Assembly: GCA_036835125.1 (NCBI GenBank)
Contig: DAITMO010000001.1
Coordinates: 191,508-255,507 of the forward strand
DNA: 64,000 bases
Source: Patescibacteria group bacterium
Lineage (GTDB): Bacteria > Patescibacteriota > Microgenomatia > UBA8517
Direction: 5' to 3'
Part shown: one piece after another, positions 29,054 to 37,162 of the stretch
Layout of the letters: the number at the start of each line of letters is the position of its first letter
Position numbering within the stretch: position 1 is the stretch's first letter
Notes under the pieces: generated by a model
What the model was told of the DNA's origin: nothing
The model's input: the letters and a program-made list of their open reading frames with translations, nothing else
Database searches by the model: none
Position numbers and translations under genes: made by a program

Positions 29054-29161
29054 AACTCACCTCCTGGAATATTAGAGAACGAAGGCATATTCTACCCTGT
29101 AGTATGAATAATTTCAAGTTTTCTGCATAGTATAAGCATATTATTGTGATAGAATTCAGAT

Positions 29162-29728
29162 ATGTTGGAATTTTTTGGGATAACTTCAGGGATACTTGCG
29201 ATTGTTGCTGTAGTCCCATACATTCGGGATATTCTAAAAAAGACAACAAGACCTGAAAGGGCAAGTTGGCTTATTTGGACAGTGCTTGGTAGTATTGCTT
29301 TCTTTTCTCAACTTGCTAAAGGAGCAACAAACTCTTTATGGATGACAGGGTTAAGTACTCTATGTGTTTTGACTGTGTTTTTACTTTCTTTAAAACATGG
29401 AGAAGGAGGCCTTATAAAAAGAGATATTATAGCTTTAGTCTTTGCTTTTGTTGGTTTGGTATTATGGTTTTTTACAAAAGACGCAACAATTGCTCTTTTA
29501 ATTGTAATTGCAGTTGATTGTTCAGGGTCAATTCTTACAATCACAAAATCATACAAAGATCCTGAAAGTGAAACAATGAGTACTTGGATATTGGCAAGCA
29601 TTTCTGGTTTGTTTGGTACTCTATCGGTTGGTGTATTTAATTGGATTCTTCTTATATACCCACTTTATATTTTGTTTGCAAATTTTGCTGTTACATTGGC
29701 AATTGTATTGGGGAAAAGAGCTAAGTAA
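29162..29728 (+). CDS. Integral membrane protein with ~6 TM helices (188 aa); possibly a small PnuC-like solute or nucleoside transporter, unconfirmed.
   Basis: Six hydrophobic segments (GILAIVAVVPYI, WLIWTVLGSIAFF, LSTLCVLTVFLLSL, IIALVFAFVGLVLWFF, IALLIVIAVD, ILLIYPLYILFANFAVTLAIVL). Confidence 0.5.
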   Translation: MLEFFGITSGILAIVAVVPYIRDILKKTTRPERASWLIWTVLGSIAFFSQLAKGATNSLWMTGLSTLCVLTVFLLSLKHGEGGLIKRDIIALVFAFVGLVLWFFTKDATIALLIVIAVDCSGSILTITKSYKDPESETMSTWILASISGLFGTLSVGVFNWILLIYPLYILFANFAVTLAIVLGKRAK

Positions 29729-29780
29729 CAATTTTTATTCAATAAAATTTTTTAGAGTTTGATTGTGTTAAACTCCAATT

Positions 29781-30182
29781 ATGAAAAAGAAAGTATACCT
29801 TGCAGGACAATCTAATGAGTATGAGAAAAACTGGAAAGAAAAGTTTAAAAAGATTTCAGGATTTGATTTCTATGATTGGGAATTTGATTCTGACCAAAGT
29901 TCTCCTGATACATATTTCCCTGAAGATTTAACTGGAATTAAAAATACAAAATATATGGTTGCAAATCCTGGGGTTGCACCTTCTGAAGGAACATGGATAG
30001 AGATTGGATATTTCTATGCTATGAATACTAAAAAGCCTGGAGACTTTTGTAATAAATTAATAATTATTTGGAAGAAAGACAGAAAGCCTGTTTGGTCAAT
30101 AGATTTTGTTAAAAAAACTGGGTATGTGGTTTCTTCCATTCCTGCTGCAATTAAAAAATTAAGGGAGATTTCTGGACAGTGA
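29781..30182 (+). CDS. Nucleoside 2-deoxyribosyltransferase-like (NDT / Rcl-like Rossmann) protein (133 aa).
   Basis: N-terminal KVYLAGQ and the block PSEGTWIEIGYFYAM match the NDT-family KIYLAGP and D-x-G-T-x-x-E-x-G-[YF]-A catalytic-Glu signature. Confidence 0.5.
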   Translation: MKKKVYLAGQSNEYEKNWKEKFKKISGFDFYDWEFDSDQSSPDTYFPEDLTGIKNTKYMVANPGVAPSEGTWIEIGYFYAMNTKKPGDFCNKLIIIWKKDRKPVWSIDFVKKTGYVVSSIPAAIKKLREISGQ

Positions 30183-30206
30183 CATATGTTGTGATACAAT
30201 TCGGCT

Positions 30207-30770
30207 ATGGTAGAAACGAATGTTTTTGAAGGTAGACTTGCCACACTTACAAAAGTTTTAAAAGAGATTCCCGAAGTTAAATATATAGGTGACCCTATTT
30301 TAAGAATAGAAACAGAAGAGGCAACTTTGGAGGAAGGAGTCGAAATTGGGGAAAAACTTGGTAAAGTTCTTCTGAAATACAGAGAAATTGCAGGATATGG
30401 CAGAGGGTTTGCCGCTCCTCAAATTGGAATTGGAAAATCTGTTTTTACAACATTTGTTGATGACAAGATTCAGATTTTTATCAATCCTAAAATTACTAAA
30501 ACTTCTGAAACAAAAAATTACTACAAAGAACTCTGTCTTAGTTCTGGAATATTATCGGCAGACGTTGCACGGCCTGAATGGATAGAAATGGAATGGATGG
30601 ATATGGAAGGTAAAATGCATAAAGAAAGATTCGATGGGTTTTTGGCAAGACTCTATCAACATGAAGAGGGACACCTTAGAGGAATTGTTAATATAGATAT
30701 CTGTGAAGATGAAGGTTTGGAAATTTGTACGTTTGATCCACTTAAAGAAACATTAAGGTCTTCAAGATAG
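30207..30770 (+). CDS. def: Peptide deformylase.
   Basis: All three PDF motifs: GRGFAAPQIGIG (motif I), ELCLSSG (EGCLS-like), QHEEGHLRG (HExxH). Confidence 0.75.
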   Translation: MVETNVFEGRLATLTKVLKEIPEVKYIGDPILRIETEEATLEEGVEIGEKLGKVLLKYREIAGYGRGFAAPQIGIGKSVFTTFVDDKIQIFINPKITKTSETKNYYKELCLSSGILSADVARPEWIEMEWMDMEGKMHKERFDGFLARLYQHEEGHLRGIVNIDICEDEGLEICTFDPLKETLRSSR

Positions 30771-30811
30771 AAATTGCTACATTCGAAATTTGGTTTTCAA
30801 GATGATAGTAT

Positions 30812-31495
30812 ATGAGAATGGATACAAAAACACATTGGGACAAAAGTCATCAAAAACATCCTGATAAAAGGGAACCTTCAAATTATGCTATAGATAAAGA
30901 AAGATCTTTTCCGAGGAGTTCTATGGTTTGCGACTTGGGTGGAGGAGATGGTGCGGATAGTTTATATTTTCTAAAACAGGGGCATAATGTTTTCCACTGT
31001 GATATTTCTCCAATTGCTGTAGAAAAAGCTAGAAGAAAAACTGATGAGGCAGGATTTTCAAAAAACTTTTCAACGGCTGTTGTTGATTTGAATAAAGACA
31101 AGATTCCAAAATCTGACAACTTTTTTGATATTGTTTATTCAAGACTCTCCTTACATTATTTTGATCAAGACAGAACAAGAGAGATATTGGCAGATGTTAA
31201 AAGAGTTTTGAAACCTGGAGGGGTAGCATTTATTGCAGTTAAATCACCTGATGACAAAAATGAAATGGAGTTCTTAGAAAAAAATAATGAAAAAATTGCA
31301 GAAGGACTTTACAGAGAAGATTCGGTATTGAAGTCCAGGTACACAAAACAACAATATGAAACTATTTTGAAGAATGCTGGTGTTGATAATTATGAAATAA
31401 ATGATTATGAGGAGACTTTTGGAGAGAGTAAAATATATGTAAAGTCTGGTGCAGACAAACTTCTTTATTTGGAAATAACAATCCACAAGATTTGA
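30812..31495 (+). CDS. Class I SAM-dependent methyltransferase.
   Basis: Motif I VCDLGGGDGADS; post-II VLKPGGVAFIAV. Confidence 0.7.
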   Translation: MRMDTKTHWDKSHQKHPDKREPSNYAIDKERSFPRSSMVCDLGGGDGADSLYFLKQGHNVFHCDISPIAVEKARRKTDEAGFSKNFSTAVVDLNKDKIPKSDNFFDIVYSRLSLHYFDQDRTREILADVKRVLKPGGVAFIAVKSPDDKNEMEFLEKNNEKIAEGLYREDSVLKSRYTKQQYETILKNAGVDNYEINDYEETFGESKIYVKSGADKLLYLEITIHKI

Positions 31496-31528
31496 CACTT
31501 TCGAAATCGTTGGTGATATCATGTTTAT

Positions 31529-32170
31529 ATGACTACTTTTAAAGGAGTAGTAAAAGCAAGAATAATTGATGCTCGTTTTGCAACTTCAGGAAAGGTTAGT
31601 GTTGTTAAAAAGTTTACAGGAGATACTGTTAAGAAGGGAGATTTATTGTCTTCTTTAGAAAGAAAGACTGCTCAGGCTACACTTGATAGGGAGCTTGCCG
31701 ATTTTGAAAGGGTAAGGGCAGACTTTGAAATATTTAATCAGAAGAATCCAAATCCTACAGAGGCAATAGATAAATATTTAAAAACAGAAAAACAGGCAAC
31801 ACTAAATGCTGCTGTTAAAAGTGTGGAAATGGCAAAGGCTGGGGTGGACGCTTGTGATCTATTTTCTCCAGTGGATGGAATAGTAATAGATGATAGTAGT
31901 GTTGTGGCAGGATTAAATATTACTCCTGCTAGTTCTCCTTTTAAAATAATTGATACCAGTTCCTATTTTGTTGAAGTAGAAATTGGGGAGAAAGATATTA
32001 AAAATTTTAAAGAAGAAAAAGAGGTAAAAGTAAAAATAACAAGTTTGGGAATAGAACTAAAGGGAAAGATGGGAAAGGTACAGAGTGATGGGAAAAGGTT
32101 GTGTGTAAAAATTAAGACATCGGATTCTCTAGACGCCCCAGTGGGACTAAGTGTAACGATCAAATTTTAA
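31529..32170 (+). CDS. Biotin-lipoyl-like / HlyD-like barrel-sandwich domain protein with no cognate pump nearby.
   Basis: GKVSVVKKFTGDTVKKGDLLSSLE (lipoyl-like hairpin), a coiled-coil segment, then beta-rich C-terminus. No signal peptide or TM. Confidence 0.4.
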   Translation: MTTFKGVVKARIIDARFATSGKVSVVKKFTGDTVKKGDLLSSLERKTAQATLDRELADFERVRADFEIFNQKNPNPTEAIDKYLKTEKQATLNAAVKSVEMAKAGVDACDLFSPVDGIVIDDSSVVAGLNITPASSPFKIIDTSSYFVEVEIGEKDIKNFKEEKEVKVKITSLGIELKGKMGKVQSDGKRLCVKIKTSDSLDAPVGLSVTIKF

Positions 32171-32173
32171 GAA

Positions 32174-32566
32174 TCACCGCCCTTGTGTTTCGGGTTGTTT
32201 GGACTCAAATACATACCCTTCATGAATTTTGTAACCATTAACTTGAGTATTCTCTAGTTTTACATTAGACCCGTCTTGCACCCTTATACTCGCAGTTATT
32301 AATTGAACCAAATGTTCGTCTGGTTGAAATATTCCCAGTCTGGCTATTGTTGATATTTCTTCAGAGTTTAAATTCTTTTTTATTATTCCAGCAACGTAAT
32401 CAAAACTTTCTCTTGGATTATCTCTTGAAATCCATGGTGCTGAGGCAATAACAGACCACTTGTCTATATATTCATCCATTTTGAGAACCATAAAAAGATA
32501 AAAGTCACCTTTGTCACTTTTTATTTCATTAAAAATATTTCTAAATTTGTCGATTAAATTTTCCAT
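32174..32566 (-). CDS. Hypothetical protein (130 aa), translationally coupled downstream of the HEPN gene; candidate cognate partner.
   Basis: Its ATG (32566-32564) lies 1 nt after the upstream gene's last base. MENLIDKFRNIFNEIKSDKGDFYLFMVLKMDEY... has no recognised motif. Confidence 0.45.
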   Translation of the reverse strand: MENLIDKFRNIFNEIKSDKGDFYLFMVLKMDEYIDKWSVIASAPWISRDNPRESFDYVAGIIKKNLNSEEISTIARLGIFQPDEHLVQLITASIRVQDGSNVKLENTQVNGYKIHEGYVFESKQPETQGR

Positions 32567-32567
32567 A

Positions 32568-32990
32568 TCACCATTTATGTTTGACCCACTCTAAAAATCC
32601 ACTTGTCTTGTCTTCAAGGGCAGCAAATTTGTCTTGGATTGCCGTTGCTGTATATATATTCATATTATATCTTATTTCAGGTTTCCAATCCTTTGTTAAT
32701 ACAGACCAGCTATTAAAAAGACTAGGGTTTTTAACAAGGTCTATCTCTGTTGAATAACCAGAAAGTAGTAACAACCTATCAAACTCATGGGTTGCGAAAA
32801 CGTTTTGAAACTTTCCAGTGTCTGGGTATTCGTTGATTCGTAATTTACGACAAATTACAGCTTTTAATGAACACTCAACAACATAACCCAATAGGTATCC
32901 GGCGGTATCGTTGTCACCGGCTTGAAACAATATTTTAGCAGCTTTTAACTTGGCTTTTGCAGCTGTCTTAAGACTCGTTCGATTTAACAC
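32568..32990 (-). CDS. HEPN-domain protein (140 aa; predicted RNase-type toxin or abortive-infection module).
   Basis: AKAKLKAAKILFQAGDNDTAGYLLGYVVECSLKAVICRKL ... FATHEFDRLLLLSGY ... matches the HEPN layout (helix with E-K-x-LKA, then T-H-[DE]-[LF]-x-x-L). Apparent GTG start with no SD. Confidence 0.5.
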   Translation of the reverse strand: MLNRTSLKTAAKAKLKAAKILFQAGDNDTAGYLLGYVVECSLKAVICRKLRINEYPDTGKFQNVFATHEFDRLLLLSGYSTEIDLVKNPSLFNSWSVLTKDWKPEIRYNMNIYTATAIQDKFAALEDKTSGFLEWVKHKW

Positions 32991-33073
32991 AGTAATGCAA
33001 TTATATAACTATTGTAAAGATAATGTTTATAAAAGTTGGTATCCACAAACACTTACTGTGATACTATGAATAT

Positions 33074-33772
33074 ATGGCCAAATCTTCAAAGAAAAGTAAC
33101 AAGGTTAAAAAATTTAAAACATCTAAACTTTCTTTTAAAAAAGCTGTAGTTGCTATTGGTGCTATTGGGATAATTGCAGGAAGTGTTCCTGTTGTTAAAA
33201 GGGTTATTGATCCGAGTGAATTGGTTACTGAAGTGATTGATGGGGATACGTTTAGGATTGGGAATAGACAAACTATTAGATTCTATTCTGTTGATGCTCC
33301 TGAGCTTGGTAATTGTTATGGGGAGGAGGCAAAAGAAGCATTAACTAAAAAGATATTGGGTAAAAAGGTAATAATAAAATCTCCTAGAACTGATTACTAC
33401 AAAAGAGTACAAGCATATGTGTATGTAGATGGGGAATTTGTAAACGAATATATGGTTAAAAATGGGTTTGCGATGGAACATGGGGAGGGAACACCTGAAA
33501 CAGATATTGTTAAAGAGGCTAATACTTTTGCAAAAGAAAATAAGTTGGGAATATATTCTGAGAAGTGTTCTCCCTTAGTTTCTGAAAATAAAAACTGTGT
33601 AATAAAAGGACAGATTCCATATGATTATGGTCCCGAAAAGAAAGTATATTTACTACCAGGGTGTCGGAATTATGAACAAACAAAGGTTGAGAGATTCCGT
33701 GGGGAAGATTGGTTCTGTAGTGAGAAGGAAGCAAAAGATGTAGGCTTCACTAAATATGAATACTGTCCATAA
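33074..33772 (+). CDS. Membrane-anchored thermonuclease (SNase-like) with a C-terminal Cys-rich extension.
   Basis: N-terminal TM AVVAIGAIGIIAGSV. SNase core VIDGDTFRIGNRQTIRFYSVDAPE ... EYMVKNGFA. C-terminus carries six Cys (CSPLV...NCVIKG...PGCRNY...WFCSEKE...YEYCP). Confidence 0.75.
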   Translation: MAKSSKKSNKVKKFKTSKLSFKKAVVAIGAIGIIAGSVPVVKRVIDPSELVTEVIDGDTFRIGNRQTIRFYSVDAPELGNCYGEEAKEALTKKILGKKVIIKSPRTDYYKRVQAYVYVDGEFVNEYMVKNGFAMEHGEGTPETDIVKEANTFAKENKLGIYSEKCSPLVSENKNCVIKGQIPYDYGPEKKVYLLPGCRNYEQTKVERFRGEDWFCSEKEAKDVGFTKYEYCP

Positions 33773-33808
33773 GTTTGCTTCTTATTTTTTTGATATACTA
33801 AAGGTCAT

Positions 33809-34411
33809 ATGAAAACACAAGTTGTTGTAATCCATGGTGGGGATGCTTTTGAGAAATATGAAGATTATTTAGAAAACCTTCAGACAAAAGAAGTTTCTTT
33901 AGAGAAAGTTCGTTCAATTGGATGGAAAGCAAATTTAGGAAAAGATCTTGGTGAAGATTTTGATGTGTTACTTCTCAAAATGCCCAATGGACAAAATGCT
34001 CGTTATAATGAATGGAAAATATGGTTTGAAAGATTTATTCCACTTTTTAATGAGGAGATTATATTAGTTGGGCATTCTCTTGGCGCAATCTTTTTAATTA
34101 AATATTTTTCAGAAAATGTTTATCCAAAGAAAATAAAAGCTACTATTTTGGTTGGGGCTCCATATAATACTTTGGAATTTCATCCGCTTGTAGATTTTAC
34201 AATTACAACACCACTTAATGGTTTTATTAAACAATCAGGAGAAACTGTTTTCTATCATAGTAAAGATGACAAAAATGTTCCTTTTGAAAACATGGAAAGA
34301 TACAAAGAAAAACTACCAAATGCAGTTTTTAATGTTTTTGAAGATAGAGGACATTTTAATGATGAATCTTTTCCTGAGATTGTTGAATTGATTAAAACGT
34401 TTGCTTCTTAA
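33809..34411 (+). CDS. Alpha/beta serine hydrolase (YdeN/RBBP9-like esterase family).
   Basis: GHSLG nucleophile elbow (LVGHSLGAIF). ~200 aa with downstream D and H (EDRGHF). Confidence 0.65.
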   Translation: MKTQVVVIHGGDAFEKYEDYLENLQTKEVSLEKVRSIGWKANLGKDLGEDFDVLLLKMPNGQNARYNEWKIWFERFIPLFNEEIILVGHSLGAIFLIKYFSENVYPKKIKATILVGAPYNTLEFHPLVDFTITTPLNGFIKQSGETVFYHSKDDKNVPFENMERYKEKLPNAVFNVFEDRGHFNDESFPEIVELIKTFAS

Positions 34412-34435
34412 ATATTTTTAAATTAGAATTGGGAT

Positions 34436-35089
34436 ATGAAATTACTTTTAACATCAGCAGGACTTTCAAACAAAACAATTTCAAAAGCACTAGAAAAGTT
34501 GGTTGGAAAACCTGCAAATAAAACAAAGATTGTTTTTGTTCCAACAGCTGCAAATGTTGAAGATGGTATTAAAGATTGGCTTATAAAAGATTTATGTAAT
34601 CTCCAAAATCTGGGGTTTGCGATAGATATTGTTGATATTTCTGCTGTTGATAAAAATGTGTGGTTACCAAGAATAAAAACAGCTGATGTAATTTTCTTTG
34701 GTGGTGGAAATACTTTTTATTTAATGTCTTGGCTTAGAAAAAGTGGATTGGACGAAGTTTTACCAGAACTTTTAAAAACAAGAGTTTATGTAGGAATAAG
34801 TGCAGGAAGTATGGTGGCAACCAAAAATTTGAGAATGAGTACTTCACAGAAATCTTATGCAGAAAAAGTCTTTCCTCTTAAGAATGATAAAGGTCTTGGT
34901 TTTGTAGACTTTCATGTAAGACCCCATCTTAATTCAAAATATTTTCCAAAGCTACGTACTAAGTTTATTAAAGAAATTGCTAAAGATATTCCAGAACCAG
35001 TTTATGCAATAGATGACAATACAGCAATTGTTATAGATGGTAAAAATATAAATGTTATTTCAGAGGGAAAATGGGTTAGATTTAGTTAA
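34436..35089 (+). CDS. Peptidase E / S51-family (class I glutamine-amidotransferase-like) dipeptidase.
   Basis: FFGGGNTFYLM and GISAGSMV are the S51 signature blocks. Confidence 0.7.
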   Translation: MKLLLTSAGLSNKTISKALEKLVGKPANKTKIVFVPTAANVEDGIKDWLIKDLCNLQNLGFAIDIVDISAVDKNVWLPRIKTADVIFFGGGNTFYLMSWLRKSGLDEVLPELLKTRVYVGISAGSMVATKNLRMSTSQKSYAEKVFPLKNDKGLGFVDFHVRPHLNSKYFPKLRTKFIKEIAKDIPEPVYAIDDNTAIVIDGKNINVISEGKWVRFS

Positions 35090-35416
35090 ATGAGTAAACT
35101 AAAAATAGTTGTATTTGTTCCAAAAACACATACGGATATTGTGAGAAAGACTATTGGTGATGCTGGTGGTGGAATTATTGGAAATTACAACTATTGTAGT
35201 TATTCAGTAGATGGTGTTGGAAGATTTATTCCAGCTGATGGGGCAAATCCTACAATTGGGGAAGTTGGAAAACCTGAGGAAGTTGTTGAGGAAAGAATTG
35301 AATTTGTTTGTGACAGGGAAAAGGCAAAAGAAGTTATTCTTGCCATGAAGAAAGTACATCCATATGAAGAAGTTGCTTTTGATATTTATCCTCTGATTTC
35401 TGAAGACGAATTATAA
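35090..35416 (+). CDS. Small PII/CutA-like fold protein (108 aa); function unknown.
   Basis: C-terminal ...KKVHPYEEVAFDIYPL resembles the CutA ...HPYE.PE...LPI ending. Weak. Confidence 0.3.
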   Translation: MSKLKIVVFVPKTHTDIVRKTIGDAGGGIIGNYNYCSYSVDGVGRFIPADGANPTIGEVGKPEEVVEERIEFVCDREKAKEVILAMKKVHPYEEVAFDIYPLISEDEL

Positions 35417-35836
35417 ATGGAAGAATTTATTAGAAGTGTTGCGATAGTTGTTTTTACTGATGATAAAGATGTTGTTGTCCAGGAAAGAGGAGCAGTTTCC
35501 AAGGTTGGAGAAAAATATGGATTTTGGGGAGGGAAAATAGAGGTTGGCGAGACTCCAGAAGAAACTATTAAAAGGGAAATAAAGGAAGAAATGGGTTTTG
35601 AATTAAAAAATTTCTCTTATTTAGGCAGTTTTCCATATGAAGTAAAAGAGGAGTGTCAATGGAAAGGTGGAAAAATTAATCAGGAAGTTTTTATTTCTCC
35701 AATTAGTGAAATTCCTAAAGATGTAAAAATATCTGAAGGAAAAGGACTTATGAAAATGCCGATTGAGGAAGTCAGGAAAGGTATTGGTTTCCCTATTGGC
35801 AGTACTTACTTTATTGAACCAATTAAGTTTGTCTGA
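35417..35836 (+). CDS. NUDIX hydrolase.
   Basis: Nudix box GGKIEVGETPEETIKREIKEEMG (GX5EX7REUXEEXGU). Confidence 0.75.
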   Translation: MEEFIRSVAIVVFTDDKDVVVQERGAVSKVGEKYGFWGGKIEVGETPEETIKREIKEEMGFELKNFSYLGSFPYEVKEECQWKGGKINQEVFISPISEIPKDVKISEGKGLMKMPIEEVRKGIGFPIGSTYFIEPIKFV

Positions 35837-35843
35837 TTTATAC

Positions 35844-36476
35844 TCAGGATTGATTTAATAACTCTTTAATTCTTGGAATTGCTTTTTGGAGGGCTTTTTC
35901 TCTGTGGTTTAGTTTTTCTCCTTTTTCCTCAGCCTTTAGATGATGTTGTTCTCCTAAAAGCATATTCCATTCTGTTACAAAAAATAATGATTCAAAGGGA
36001 AAGCCATCAACTCTTATGTTACTTGGTTTTTCTAAAATTATACCTCTAAGAATTCCATCGAAAGTTTCTATTGTTCCATTAGGTTGTCCAAGAGCTAAGA
36101 CTGTTCTAAATTGTGCCCCTCTTTTTTCCAATGGAATACCTTTCATCTTTTCCAAACAATAATCAATAATCTCCTGGTCAGTCATTTTTGTTTTTCCATT
36201 TCTCCACCTTCTAACATGGATTCCAGGTTCTCCTCCTAAAGCATCAATCTCAAGTCCCGTATCATCAGCCAAAATCAGTTTATTATCAATGGCTTCCCAA
36301 AAACCTTCTACTTTTAAGGTGGCGTTTTCTTCTAATGTTTTTCCTGTTTCAGGAATATCTAGTTCTATACCTAAATCTTTTGGGCAGAAAACTTTTACTC
36401 CATTGAAATTAAGTAGTTTGGAAATTTCAATTACTTTTCCTGGGTTATTCGTGGCATACAAAAGCTCTTTTGACAT
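35844..36476 (-). CDS. rdgB: Non-canonical purine NTP pyrophosphatase (dITP/XTP-ase, Ham1/RdgB).
   Basis: LLYATNNPGKVIEI..., ...ADDTGLEIDALGGEPGIHVRRW..., ...FESLFFV... are the RdgB signature blocks. Confidence 0.85.
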   Translation of the reverse strand: MSKELLYATNNPGKVIEISKLLNFNGVKVFCPKDLGIELDIPETGKTLEENATLKVEGFWEAIDNKLILADDTGLEIDALGGEPGIHVRRWRNGKTKMTDQEIIDYCLEKMKGIPLEKRGAQFRTVLALGQPNGTIETFDGILRGIILEKPSNIRVDGFPFESLFFVTEWNMLLGEQHHLKAEEKGEKLNHREKALQKAIPRIKELLNQS

Positions 36477-36526
36477 AAGGCGACATTAACATTAATAATC
36501 ATTGTTTTCAATGATATACTCCAATT

Positions 36527-37105
36527 ATGGATAAAGTTGATCAGGATATTGAAGCAAGAATCAAAATAGGAGAAATGAAAAAAGTTGAAGAAATATTAGA
36601 CACAACTCCATATTTAGGTTCCAGCCCATCTAAAGAATATAAATCTATAATATTCGGGAATACAGGTTTTCAAATCCGTTTTGACTCTGAGGGAAATACG
36701 TTTGACTTTATGCCAGAAGGCAAGGATCATATAAAGACGAACGATCCAGCATCGGAAAACAATCGATCAAAATATGCATCTATTTTAGGATCATCATTGT
36801 TTGGACTACATGTGTTATTAAATGATCAGAAAAAACTGTTGGAATTCGGAATAGACGGTTCAAGAATAACTAGTGTTTATGCACTTACAAACGAAAGACT
36901 TATAGATGCTGTTGTTAATTTATTTTCTCGTAGTAACATACCTGATTTGGCTACCAGTAATCCTGAGAAAACTTTTGTAAACATCAATCTCCAAGGCTTT
37001 AAGGAACTTGAAGAAGAGGACTCTCTGATTAAATACTTGAAACGACTTTCGGAAAGGACGAAAGATACAACTGTTACCTATGACAAGTTTGTTCGATGGA
37101 GATAG
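36527..37105 (+). CDS. Hypothetical protein (192 aa).
   Basis: Clean ORF with no recognised motif. Last gene of the accessory block before secY. Confidence 0.4.
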   Translation: MDKVDQDIEARIKIGEMKKVEEILDTTPYLGSSPSKEYKSIIFGNTGFQIRFDSEGNTFDFMPEGKDHIKTNDPASENNRSKYASILGSSLFGLHVLLNDQKKLLEFGIDGSRITSVYALTNERLIDAVVNLFSRSNIPDLATSNPEKTFVNINLQGFKELEEEDSLIKYLKRLSERTKDTTVTYDKFVRWR

Positions 37106-37162
37106 CTGAATATTAATTAAAACTATTTTTAGCCTCCAATTTGGGTTATAATCCATTTATCA

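Noticed and set aside
28773-29075. 100-aa plus-strand ORF (MSVIRKRIRMAFRLAF...).
   Set aside because: Antisense to the SD-led Cys-rich HExxH gene, with no SD of its own and an Arg/Leu-rich composition expected from the reverse frame of a GC-rich gene.
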